The position numbers and the translations under genes were made by a program. A stretch of 53,093 nt of DNA from a virus (Duplodnaviria > Caudoviricetes). Position 1 is the stretch's first letter, and the number at the start of each line of letters is the position of its first letter. Positions 17,782 to 25,599 of the stretch are shown here, in pieces. The stretch is from positions 1 to 53,093 of the IMG/VR virus record IMGVR_UViG_3300043220_000093. One strand, written 5' to 3'. The notes under the pieces were generated by a model. The model saw only the letters and a program-made list of their open reading frames with translations, was not told where the DNA came from and ran no database searches.

Positions 17782-18012
17782 TTATCTAATTATTTTATTT
17801 TTTAATATATCTTTCTCAAATTCGTTTATATCTTTATCTGTGACACCAATTTCATGCATACTTTCGCAATCAATTTTAATTTTATTTTCAAGCCATGCTT
17901 CGCATGAATTATATATAGTGAGATTTTTACATGTATCGAATTTATCACAGCATATACAATCTTCTATTATGACATAATGATTTTCTTTACTTAAGCTCAT
18001 ATTAACTTCCAT
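17782..18012 (-). CDS. Cys-rich hypothetical protein
   Basis: CICCDKFDTC; first gene after the structured leader. Confidence 0.55.
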   Translation of the reverse strand: MEVNMSLSKENHYVIIEDCICCDKFDTCKNLTIYNSCEAWLENKIKIDCESMHEIGVTDKDINEFEKDILKNKIIR

Positions 18013-18030
18013 TTATTTTTATATTTGGAC

Positions 18031-18158
18031 AAAAAAAGGCGACCTAAATTGTTATCTCCCATCCGAAAATGGAAGCTCCACCTAACAATTAGATCGCCTT
18101 TTTTAGGCTTCAAAAACAGGTGATGTCGGTGGAGGAGAGAGACTTCATCTGTTCTGAA
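18031..18158 (-). ncRNA. Structured leader RNA: two hairpins with complementary loops, ending in a terminator
   Basis: Hairpin 18109-18158 (loop CUCCACC); long stem 18031-18104 with unpaired GGUGGAG, an inner UUCG hairpin and a U7 tail. Confidence 0.7.
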
Positions 18159-18165
18159 TTCATAT

Positions 18166-18195
18166 AACATATCACATAGTTTACTTATTTGTCAA
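18166..18195 (-). promoter_or_regulatory. Sigma70-like promoter
   Basis: TTGACA-18 nt-TATGTT with extended -10 TG; predicted start coincides with the 5' base of hairpin 1. Confidence 0.65.
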
Positions 18196-18562
18196 CAACA
18201 ATATTAGAAAAATACTTAATAACATCCTTGCATTGTTCGATATTCATTTTAGCAATATGAGCCTCTTTCTTTTTCATACCCATTGCTATTTGTAGTTTTG
18301 TATAAGCTGCTTTCCTTGTGATACGTCCAGACCTCCAAAGAGAATCAAAAACACTATGGGCCTTTTTCCTCCAGGATCTCAATTCGTTATCAGCCAGAGT
18401 TCCAAGAGGGACATCGGTGTCTTTATGGGTACCGACATAAGCCTCACAATCTGGATATCTTGTACAAATATAAACCATACCATAGCTTTTACCATTATAG
18501 ATAATACTACTGTCTTTTAATTCTATAGGTGAGCCGCAATATGAACATGTTTCTATCTTCAT
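18185..18562 (-). CDS. DUF3268 family zinc-finger protein
   Basis: CSYCG...YIC..YPDCEAYVGTH...PLGTLA...R..AH..FD.LW...HIA. Confidence 0.88.
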   Translation of the reverse strand: MKIETCSYCGSPIELKDSSIIYNGKSYGMVYICTRYPDCEAYVGTHKDTDVPLGTLADNELRSWRKKAHSVFDSLWRSGRITRKAAYTKLQIAMGMKKKEAHIAKMNIEQCKDVIKYFSNIVVDK

Positions 18563-18888
18563 TATTTGCCCTTTGCTTCTAGTATCGAATCTGCTATCAT
18601 GTAGGAATCTTCAGACGTTCCGTATGAACCATATTCGCCGGTGACATCTTCGCTTGCATCGTTTCCTATTATTATTGCCGCCATAGCCTGGCCCGCTAAC
18701 TCATCTCTTTTAGATTCCAGGATGATTTCATTGAGCCAGGCCTTGTCTGTCTTTGGGACTTTTAGTTTTATGCAAGCGTAGTCTCGTCGTGTTAGTCCAG
18801 GTATATAATTCATGATCTCTACACCATGGTCATTGAACGATTTATATTCTTCAGGGTAAGCCGGTTCGGTTCCATCTTTATATTTCAT
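18562..18888 (-). CDS. Hypothetical phage protein
   Basis: PAYP...GLTRRDYA / KRDELAGQAM...SYMIAD motif family. Confidence 0.7.
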   Translation of the reverse strand: MKYKDGTEPAYPEEYKSFNDHGVEIMNYIPGLTRRDYACIKLKVPKTDKAWLNEIILESKRDELAGQAMAAIIIGNDASEDVTGEYGSYGTSEDSYMIADSILEAKGK

Positions 18889-18906
18889 AGTTATTCTCCA
18901 GTTTTA

Positions 18907-19176
18907 TTATTTAACTTCAAACAAATGCCATACCAATCTACCACCAGCCTCTTGAAACGTACCGATATAAACACTATTTTTAGAAAGCATAAAACTATGT
19001 CCAGTTCCTAAAACTATAAAATTTCTTTCTTCTATAGGGCTATTCTCATCTACAAGCGCCCAGATATAAGGCTTGTCGTTTTGTATTTGAACAGTTAATA
19101 TTTCAGCTCCTTTCGGCATTTCTAACCCGTAACCATCTGGATCTCCTATTTCATATTTCCATATTATTTTTCTCAT
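18907..19176 (-). CDS. Conserved hypothetical phage protein
   Basis: IWKY...MPKGAEILTVQIQ...IWALVD...GTGH...YIGTFQ...LVWHLFE. Confidence 0.75.
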   Translation of the reverse strand: MRKIIWKYEIGDPDGYGLEMPKGAEILTVQIQNDKPYIWALVDENSPIEERNFIVLGTGHSFMLSKNSVYIGTFQEAGGRLVWHLFEVK

Positions 19177-19198
19177 TGCTTTCTCCTGTTTTATTTTA

Positions 19199-19237
19199 AC
19201 TCCCGGCGTTAGATACGATACGTAACAATACCGGGAG
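19199..19237 (-). other. Intergenic stem-loop
   Basis: ctcccgg...gtta / taac...ccgggag inverted repeat. Confidence 0.5.
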
Positions 19238-19241
19238 AGTG

Positions 19242-19799
19242 CTACTCATTTCTTGCTAGAGTCATAATCCATTTTTTATTATCTTCCCAGAACGATAAAG
19301 CACTTGGATCCATTTTTGATATTCTGTCATTATCAAAACCATCCCAATCATCAACACTATAGAACTCACACCCTATTTTGATATGAGTATCTATTATCCA
19401 TATAGTCCATCTGAGAGCGTTAATTATTTTTATATTTTGCGTTTTTACTCCGAAAAATACAATCCATTTACCGGCCTCAATCCCTTTACCGGCCTCAATC
19501 CCTTTACCGGCCTCAATCCCTTCACCGGCCATAATCCATTCACCGGCCTTAATCCATTCACCGGCCTTAATCCATTCACCGGCCTTAATCCCTTTACCGG
19601 CCTCAATCCATTTACCGGCCTTAATCCCTTCACAGGCCTCAATCCATTTACCGGCCTTAATCCATTTACCGGCCTTAATCCCCCCTTTTACATATAGTGG
19701 AATATTTATTATTATATTACCATCGCATACGATGTCTCCGATGAACTCATAATATCCAACTTTATCAATTAACCCTGGAAAATCTTTATCTACTATCAC
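19242..19799 (-). CDS. Hexapeptide-repeat (beta-helix-like) protein
   Basis: 12 x (G/W)I(K/E)AG(K/E); C-terminal IKIGCE...W...W domain. Confidence 0.8.
   Translation of the reverse strand: MIVDKDFPGLIDKVGYYEFIGDIVCDGNIIINIPLYVKGGIKAGKWIKAGKWIEACEGIKAGKWIEAGKGIKAGEWIKAGEWIKAGEWIMAGEGIEAGKGIEAGKGIEAGKWIVFFGVKTQNIKIINALRWTIWIIDTHIKIGCEFYSVDDWDGFDNDRISKMDPSALSFWEDNKKWIMTLARNE
19461..19676. repeat. Tandem array of 12 x 18 bp
   Basis: Unit aatcc(a/c)tt(t/c)accggcct(t/c). Confidence 0.97.
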
Positions 19800-20842
19800 T
19801 GTTTACCTCTAATTGATTTTAATTTATCATTCTTCATCTTGTTTGCAATTGCTTTCTCTTCAGGAGACAACTCGAGTGCTTCAATTTCCTTTGATGCCTG
19901 AATCATATCAACCGGACTAAACACTGTATCCAGAAATATTTTTACTTTTACCATATTTCCACCCTGGGTGGTTTTTCCCGGCTCCGGCTCAACAGGGACA
20001 TCCTCAACAATCTCTGCATCAGTACAATTAGATCCGGGGTCTATGTTATTTTTCGCAAAATCATCTTTTGATTTTTCATCTGGTATTACATAAAGAATAC
20101 TGTTTCCGGTTGGGTCCAGCTGTATGTTATCTATCTTTTCCGGTTCCAGCATCAAAGGAAGTTTAACATTCTGTTCAATACAATTTCGAACAAGATCCAA
20201 ATGTTCTGTACTGGCATGAGGAATTAACTCAATAATAGGGTAACTTCTTTTTGTATTGTATTTGTCAGACACAACCTTCTTTACCCTCAAATCAAACGTA
20301 AAACCCTTTACCCTGCCCCCTGCGTTTTTCTTTACAAGATCATACGCATTGACAACACCATTGACAGAAGTTTTTTCACCCCCGGTATTGAGTTCCCACA
20401 CTCCCAGGATATCACGAATTTTCATTATTGCAAAACGTATAGTCAACTTTGCTTCGAACTTCTCCCCGGTTAGTTTCTCAATTTCACTCATGAATATTTG
20501 GCCCTGCTCTTTGGTCTCCTTAATTATTTTGTCAAAGTTTCCAGTCTTCTCATTATAGACCTCAAATTTTTTACCGTCTCCTTTAGCATACCAATTTTTA
20601 CCCTTCCGGAGTTCAAATCTTTGATTGCAAGAATACGCTTCGTAATCATCAAGGAAAACGATTTCAATACAATTTGTCTTTTCGGGGAAAGCCGTTTTAA
20701 ATTTGTTCGCATAATCCCCGGTTGCAATAAAATGGTCCAGGCTGGAAGGGTATTCTTTCCCGTTCCTCTTTATTTTTATACCGCACTTGACATGACCGAT
20801 AACGGATAAATAATCCTGATTATCTTGTATTATTCTACTCAT
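19796..20842 (-). CDS. Gp3-like / recombination-directionality-factor-like protein (putative strand-annealing partner)
   Basis: IGHVKCG.K....EYPSSLDHF...KGDG...LGVWEL.T; near the exonuclease. Confidence 0.6.
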   Translation of the reverse strand: MSRIIQDNQDYLSVIGHVKCGIKIKRNGKEYPSSLDHFIATGDYANKFKTAFPEKTNCIEIVFLDDYEAYSCNQRFELRKGKNWYAKGDGKKFEVYNEKTGNFDKIIKETKEQGQIFMSEIEKLTGEKFEAKLTIRFAIMKIRDILGVWELNTGGEKTSVNGVVNAYDLVKKNAGGRVKGFTFDLRVKKVVSDKYNTKRSYPIIELIPHASTEHLDLVRNCIEQNVKLPLMLEPEKIDNIQLDPTGNSILYVIPDEKSKDDFAKNNIDPGSNCTDAEIVEDVPVEPEPGKTTQGGNMVKVKIFLDTVFSPVDMIQASKEIEALELSPEEKAIANKMKNDKLKSIRGKQ

Positions 20843-21017
20843 GGATTACCTCCAATTGTTCACACGCCCACACCCGCAGACGGCCTAAAGAAACAAATTC
20901 TGAAAGCATTTCATCCGGAGCATTGTCATACTCCAGAATCTCATCTTTCAACTCGTCCTGTTCTAAGGACATTCTTCCAGCAAGTAATTGTAAATCTTTT
21001 TTGTTTAGTTGTATCAC
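20835..21017 (-). CDS. Hypothetical protein
   Basis: Coupled ORF; SD AGGAGG. Confidence 0.5.
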   Translation of the reverse strand: MIQLNKKDLQLLAGRMSLEQDELKDEILEYDNAPDEMLSEFVSLGRLRVWACEQLEVIHE

Positions 21018-21420
21018 GGATTCCTCCTATTTGTTTTTTCTTCATAAAGCACATGAGAAACTTTTATTATTTCTAAGCTATTACCATTTTCTGTGACGGC
21101 ACTCCATACACCATTTAACTCAATGACATGTACTGGAACATCCAACCCTCTAACACCGGACTTGGTTTTTAATTCAAATATCTTGCCACCGCTTTCAACT
21201 CTGATTCTGTATCCTGACCATGAACCCTTCATGTTTACCCCCCTATTTTGTTTTTTTACTTCTATGATCTTCTTACCTATAGGATCTTCGTCATACATCG
21301 CAATATATCTATTACAATCAATACAAGCAGAATCTCTAATCATGCCCATCGGTGCACGGCTCTCACACTCTATCCAACCATTGTGCCCCCATAATGCAGA
21401 CAACTAATTTTTGCATCCAT
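21014..21420 (-). CDS. Hypothetical protein(s): frameshifted N-terminal Zn-binding part plus internal start at 21232
   Basis: SD-linked ATG at 21420 is out of frame with the 21403 ORF; a second SD (AGGGGGG) precedes MKGSW at 21232. Confidence 0.45.
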
Positions 21421-21436
21421 AATACCCACCTTTTAT

Positions 21437-22513
21437 TTAAAAGTCACCGGTCTGTGATATCTCTTCAAAGACATCGATTGACTCAATGATATCATCCAGT
21501 TCATCTTCCAAACCTATTGATACAAATTTGAAATCATGCTTCTCTTGCATACCGTTAAAATAATCTTTCCGGGTATGGAATTGCATTAAATATGATTCCC
21601 ATAAATCCGGAATACTAACCTGGCTATTTTCTTTGACGGTCTGGTCCTTGAAATCGTAGTACTTAGGATCTTTTGAACTTAGCCTGAAATCGTTTGGACT
21701 CCAGTTGTATTGTCTATCAATCTCAATGTCCGGGTGTAACCACTTCCAGGCTTCGTGCTGTGCATGCAGTTGAACTTTTTCCCCTTCATAAAATGCATGC
21801 GAATGTCTGAACTTCCAATCAACGATCGCCTTGATTGTTTCCTCTTCTCTTTTGTTCTTTCCGGACTTAATGGCCGGGAGAGTAAGTTCACAAACAAAAT
21901 CAAGTATTGCAGAATATTTCCCTACATAAAAACTTCCCCGCTGTTCCGGTTCTTCGAATTCAACAAAGATAGGATATTCACAAACAATCGGTTTAACTTT
22001 GAAATCCTGATACCATTTGATAAAACAATATAAGTCCTTCAGCATGTTTCTTTTTTCCTGCTTCACGTACTCCATGCAACGGTCAAAATCTTTCCCGGTT
22101 TTATTCATATACTTTTCCATCTTTGATTCAATCCATAAGGAGTCAAAAATCAATTTCTCTCCCTTGATTAATTCGCTAATCATGTAGTGACCGAAAGAAC
22201 CATAGTCAGCAGCCCCCCCGGAAAAAACTTTTGCTTTGTCACCAAGTCTGATTTTCCATTCCATAAGCTCATGCGGGGTTGGTGAACAATTTTGAATTAC
22301 GGTTGTATGTCCAGCAGCCAAACTAATTTTAGTTGTAATCTCTTTCTCTTCTTCTATCGTTTCAACCTTTGCATAAAACCGGCCTTTGTTGTTTATTCGA
22401 TAAAGGTAGAAAGGGGATACTAGTATTGCACCTTCATCAAAGAATTCAGCTTTTACCTCTTCGATATCATCAATTTTAATCTTTGCCTTTTCTGCCATTT
22501 CTTTTTTATTCAT
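21437..22513 (-). CDS. PD-(D/E)xK exonuclease (Cas4-like/YqaJ-like)
   Basis: GS.GH...PIVCEY...YSAILD...IVDWKF...VQLHAQ. Confidence 0.7.
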   Translation of the reverse strand: MNKKEMAEKAKIKIDDIEEVKAEFFDEGAILVSPFYLYRINNKGRFYAKVETIEEEKEITTKISLAAGHTTVIQNCSPTPHELMEWKIRLGDKAKVFSGGAADYGSFGHYMISELIKGEKLIFDSLWIESKMEKYMNKTGKDFDRCMEYVKQEKRNMLKDLYCFIKWYQDFKVKPIVCEYPIFVEFEEPEQRGSFYVGKYSAILDFVCELTLPAIKSGKNKREEETIKAIVDWKFRHSHAFYEGEKVQLHAQHEAWKWLHPDIEIDRQYNWSPNDFRLSSKDPKYYDFKDQTVKENSQVSIPDLWESYLMQFHTRKDYFNGMQEKHDFKFVSIGLEDELDDIIESIDVFEEISQTGDF

Positions 22514-22520
22514 AATTCCC

Positions 22521-22679
22521 TCAAAACATTTTATTTAATATTGGTTCTATTTCTTCCGCAAATTCAACAGCGCATTCATCACATACAAATATTTTCTTGC
22601 GGGATAATTTGCCGTTTTTATATTCAGGGATTACTAATACGATTGTAAAATCTCTCAGATCGCAGCTTTGACATTTCAT
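22521..22679 (-). CDS. Small zinc-ribbon protein (52 aa)
   Basis: Manual translation MKCQSCDLRDFTIVLVIPEYKNGKLSRKKIFVCDECAVEF...; ATGA overlap with the upstream gene. Confidence 0.7.
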   Translation of the reverse strand: MKCQSCDLRDFTIVLVIPEYKNGKLSRKKIFVCDECAVEFAEEIEPILNKMF

Positions 22680-22975
22680 ATTAGCTCCTCTATTTTTTGG
22701 CCGGTTGCTTTTTCGATAATGGTTTTTGTTAACGGAAATTCTTTATCCGAACTAGAAGATTCATTTGATAGGTATAGATCCATTGCAATCCATAGTTCAA
22801 TCAAAGCCTCAATCATTTCAGGAGCCGCGGCTATTAGGCGGGCGTCGGTTACATCTCTATCGGTTTTCTTTAGATTACAAACAGTTGCATGGGTAGACTC
22901 AGAATAAACATTTACTTTGAATCTACTACTATACATAAAATCCCACGGACCCGGCGTATGTTTTAATTTACTCAT
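22676..22975 (-). CDS. Conserved hypothetical phage protein
   Basis: KHTPGPW...DARLIAAAPEM motif. Confidence 0.8.
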   Translation of the reverse strand: MSKLKHTPGPWDFMYSSRFKVNVYSESTHATVCNLKKTDRDVTDARLIAAAPEMIEALIELWIAMDLYLSNESSSSDKEFPLTKTIIEKATGQKIEELI

Positions 22976-23292
22976 ATTATCAATTCCCCCTGCTTCTCCC
23001 CTAACTCCTCAAGTTTTTTGTATTCCCCGCAGGTATGCACATCACACGAAGGCCAGAAGACATTATCACACCTCTCTGTATCAATGCAGATACAAAACAT
23101 GCATCGTTCAAGTCCTGCTTCATTAAGCATTTCATAAATGATTGGACAATATCCTTTCTCTCCTGGGATCGGCACCATACTGCGGGGGCAGATTAACTCA
23201 TCTTCTCCGTCAACCCCAACTTCGCAACTTAGACAGAGAGTATGCTGATTTAATTCTAACATCACTTTTATTATTTCCTGCTTTGAAACCAT
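22972..23292 (-). CDS. Cys-rich hypothetical protein
   Basis: Multiple CxxC; SD GGAGG. Confidence 0.55.
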   Translation of the reverse strand: MVSKQEIIKVMLELNQHTLCLSCEVGVDGEDELICPRSMVPIPGEKGYCPIIYEMLNEAGLERCMFCICIDTERCDNVFWPSCDVHTCGEYKKLEELGEKQGELII

Positions 23293-23302
23293 TCCGACCT
23301 CC

Positions 23303-23497
23303 TTATTTCATGTATTTTTTTATATCTGGATTCTTGATAAACAGATCACATACTTCTTCAAGGACGTACGGAATAACAGCATTCACATATACCTTGTCTT
23401 TGATTAGACTCTTCACCTTAGCCCATTTATCGTAAACCTCAGGTGGAACATTTTTAATTGTAATACTTCTTAACTTTACCGTTTTACTTTTTGACAT
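23303..23497 (-). CDS. Ribbon-helix-helix (Arc-like) regulator
   Basis: RSITIKNVPPEVYDKW; SD AGGAG. Confidence 0.55.
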   Translation of the reverse strand: MSKSKTVKLRSITIKNVPPEVYDKWAKVKSLIKDKVYVNAVIPYVLEEVCDLFIKNPDIKKYMK

Positions 23498-23554
23498 ATT
23501 GTTTCTTCTCCTTAATTATTATTTAATTATTTTGATTGCTTTGAATATATTGTT

Positions 23555-23842
23555 TTATCTGCTCAAAAAATCATCAATGTAATAAGGCCGAAATCCTTTT
23601 CCGCTACCGGGAGTTGTTAAATGCTTAGATGTTTCAGCATCTAATACACTTGATTTTAAAGAAAAATTTCGATATTCTTCTTTTCTTAAATTTATTATAT
23701 ATTTTGCGTTTCTCGATTTATTAACATAAATATATAATGTTGAGTTGTTGTCAAAGTCGCCGGGCTTTGAATTTCTCAGATCTTTACTACTCATCCTGTA
23801 GAGATTCCTATCTATTTTTTTTATCAAATGATGACACTCCAT
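23555..23842 (-). CDS. Hypothetical early protein
   Basis: ORF downstream of the early promoter. Confidence 0.45.
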   Translation of the reverse strand: MECHHLIKKIDRNLYRMSSKDLRNSKPGDFDNNSTLYIYVNKSRNAKYIINLRKEEYRNFSLKSSVLDAETSKHLTTPGSGKGFRPYYIDDFLSR

Positions 23843-23852
23843 TATTGTTTTT

Positions 23853-23879
23853 AAAAATACCCGTCGTGCGGACCGGGCA
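23853..23879 (-). terminator. Putative intrinsic terminator
   Basis: ugcccg/cgggua stem followed by a U-run on the minus strand. Confidence 0.45.
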
Positions 23880-23903
23880 GAATGTTAAATTTAAAAAGGC
23901 TTA

Positions 23904-24284
23904 TTATGCGCTACAGTATTCAGACCATAATTCTCTCATTATTTTGTTTGCTTCAATGTCGGCATTGGTCCACATTTTGTTGATATAGTTGCCGGTAGAT
24001 GTTCCGATTTTGGCAGTGTGTCCCTGAGCGTTTAGATAATCACAAAATGCTGGACCTTCGTCTGTATCAACCGCTATTTCAATTTCATATTTCTCATTTT
24101 CAGAATCAACCACACAATCGGTATCATCCATTACAATGTGAGTTGCAATCGCTTCAAGAGCGTCGCCAATTGCAATGTTATTTTCTTGCATATACTGATT
24201 TACAAAATCCATGTGATTCTCTTCAATTTCTTTTGCGGCTCCGTCAATGGTGGTTGCTTCGATGTCGTTTGTTTTTAGTCTCAT
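23904..24284 (-). CDS. Acidic hypothetical protein, first early gene
   Basis: SD AAGGGAG; directly after the strong promoter; D/E-rich. Confidence 0.7.
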   Translation of the reverse strand: MRLKTNDIEATTIDGAAKEIEENHMDFVNQYMQENNIAIGDALEAIATHIVMDDTDCVVDSENEKYEIEIAVDTDEGPAFCDYLNAQGHTAKIGTSTGNYINKMWTNADIEANKIMRELWSEYCSA

Positions 24285-24327
24285 GGTGTTCTCCCTTTTT
24301 AAATTTTATTTAACTTCTTATAATAAC

Positions 24328-24365
24328 AATATATAAAAAGGGAAACTATTTGTCAACAATTATTC
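24328..24365 (-). promoter_or_regulatory. Major early sigma70-like promoter (copy 1)
   Basis: GAATAATTG-TTGACA-17 nt-TATATT with AT-rich upstream sequence. Confidence 0.8.
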
Positions 24366-24379
24366 TTTTATTTGTTAGG

Positions 24380-24415
24380 AAATAAAGAAAACCTGCCAGG
24401 GAGAGCAGGTTTCTT
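24380..24415 (-). terminator. Intrinsic terminator ending the late/lysis operon
   Basis: aaaccugc-ucucccug-gcagguuu followed by ucuuuauuu. Confidence 0.75.
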
Positions 24416-24577
24416 GTAGGTTGTACTTCGTGGTATTATTAGAATGGCTTACAGCACCATCAGGCTGACGTGCGGTACTGGTTTATATTGATTATCGTGT
24501 ATGTGACCTTTACTTGCTAAAGTGCCGTGTGGGCCACCACGTGTAGCCTATGAGTGGATGAGAATAGTGATTAAATC

Positions 24578-24796
24578 TCATTTTTTGATATCCACACTTA
24601 ATTTTGATTTTGAATCACATGTCATATTCTTCATATCGCAGGAATTATCTGAAAGGAGAACGAACGCTATCAAACCGACAAGTGCCAGTGTCATCATTAT
24701 CCGGCTCCAAACTACTTTTGATGTGAAGAATGATTTTACTTTATCAAGTTTTGTTTTCTCTGGTTTCTTTGTCATGTCTTCCAAAATCCTCCCCAT
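24578..24796 (-). CDS. Small membrane protein of the lysis cassette (holin/spanin-like)
   Basis: One TM helix; overlaps the endolysin end. Confidence 0.5.
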   Translation of the reverse strand: MGRILEDMTKKPEKTKLDKVKSFFTSKVVWSRIMMTLALVGLIAFVLLSDNSCDMKNMTCDSKSKLSVDIKK

Positions 24797-25182
24797 TTTC
24801 TTTTACGTCCACAATCATTATGAGCGCCCCATCTATATAAACCGGTACCGCCTTTGGTAATACCTAATTTATGAGCTTTCTTTTCATAGCGTCTGAATTT
24901 CCAATTACTCATTCCGTGTGCGTGCTTATCAGAAGCGCCTTGTTTTATTTCATATTGATATGGCAAGTGATGAGAGCCATCAACACCGCCAACAGCTTTG
25001 TTATGCATATTACAACGTATTCCGGAATGGATTATTAACCTAACATCCCGGCCCTCTTGCTCTGAGATATAATTCCGAAGATGTTGATCTTCATTCGCTA
25101 CATGTTGCGCGTCTATATATGTATTACAACCACACTTACAAGTATATTCTATTTTAGAAAAGTTATTTGTCAAATCACCCAT
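24772..25182 (-). CDS. Endolysin, peptidase M15 family
   Basis: NFS..E..CKCGC...SGIRC..HN.AVGG...SHH...ASD...H.D. Confidence 0.85.
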   Translation of the reverse strand: MGDLTNNFSKIEYTCKCGCNTYIDAQHVANEDQHLRNYISEQEGRDVRLIIHSGIRCNMHNKAVGGVDGSHHLPYQYEIKQGASDKHAHGMSNWKFRRYEKKAHKLGITKGGTGLYRWGAHNDCGRKRKWGGFWKT

Positions 25183-25183
25183 A

Positions 25184-25396
25184 TCAAGTTACCTCCCTCT
25201 TGTAGAGATTATCTATTCTTTTATGTATTCTAATATGATCGGAGCGGTTTTCTTTTTGGCAACGATCATTTTCTGTGACATGTCTTTTGAATATATAACT
25301 AATAAGGATCCCGCACAAAGTAATAATAACCCCGACAACACCAACAATCCACCCGGCAATTTGTATATAAATCTGTCCCATTTCATTTATTTTCAC
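25184..25396 (-). CDS. Putative holin
   Basis: N-terminal TM helix, charged C-terminus, immediately upstream of the endolysin. Confidence 0.55.
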   Translation of the reverse strand: MKINEMGQIYIQIAGWIVGVVGVIITLCGILISYIFKRHVTENDRCQKENRSDHIRIHKRIDNLYKREVT

Positions 25397-25422
25397 TCCT
25401 TATATAATATTTAATATCAATC

Positions 25423-25599
25423 TTATCTTCTGCCGTCCATGGTCACAGCTGGTGAATACATAAAACCGTTTTTCTTTATTACTTCACCATCAAATATTTT
25501 TAACAACTCCGAACCAGATAACCATTTTCTTATCAACCTTGGATCGCTAGTTCTAATCCAATTATCATCTTCAAATTTCTTTTTATAAAGTTCTATCAT
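25423..25599 (-). CDS. Hypothetical protein (58 aa)
   Basis: ATGA-coupled start MIELYKKK. Confidence 0.5.
   Translation of the reverse strand: MIELYKKKFEDDNWIRTSDPRLIRKWLSGSELLKIFDGEVIKKNGFMYSPAVTMDGRR

Noticed and set aside
19383-19697. Plus-strand NPFTGL-repeat ORF and the alternate-frame RPVKGL ORF; also a possible CRISPR-like array
   Set aside because: These are shadow frames of the 18-bp coding repeat; the units are contiguous with no spacers
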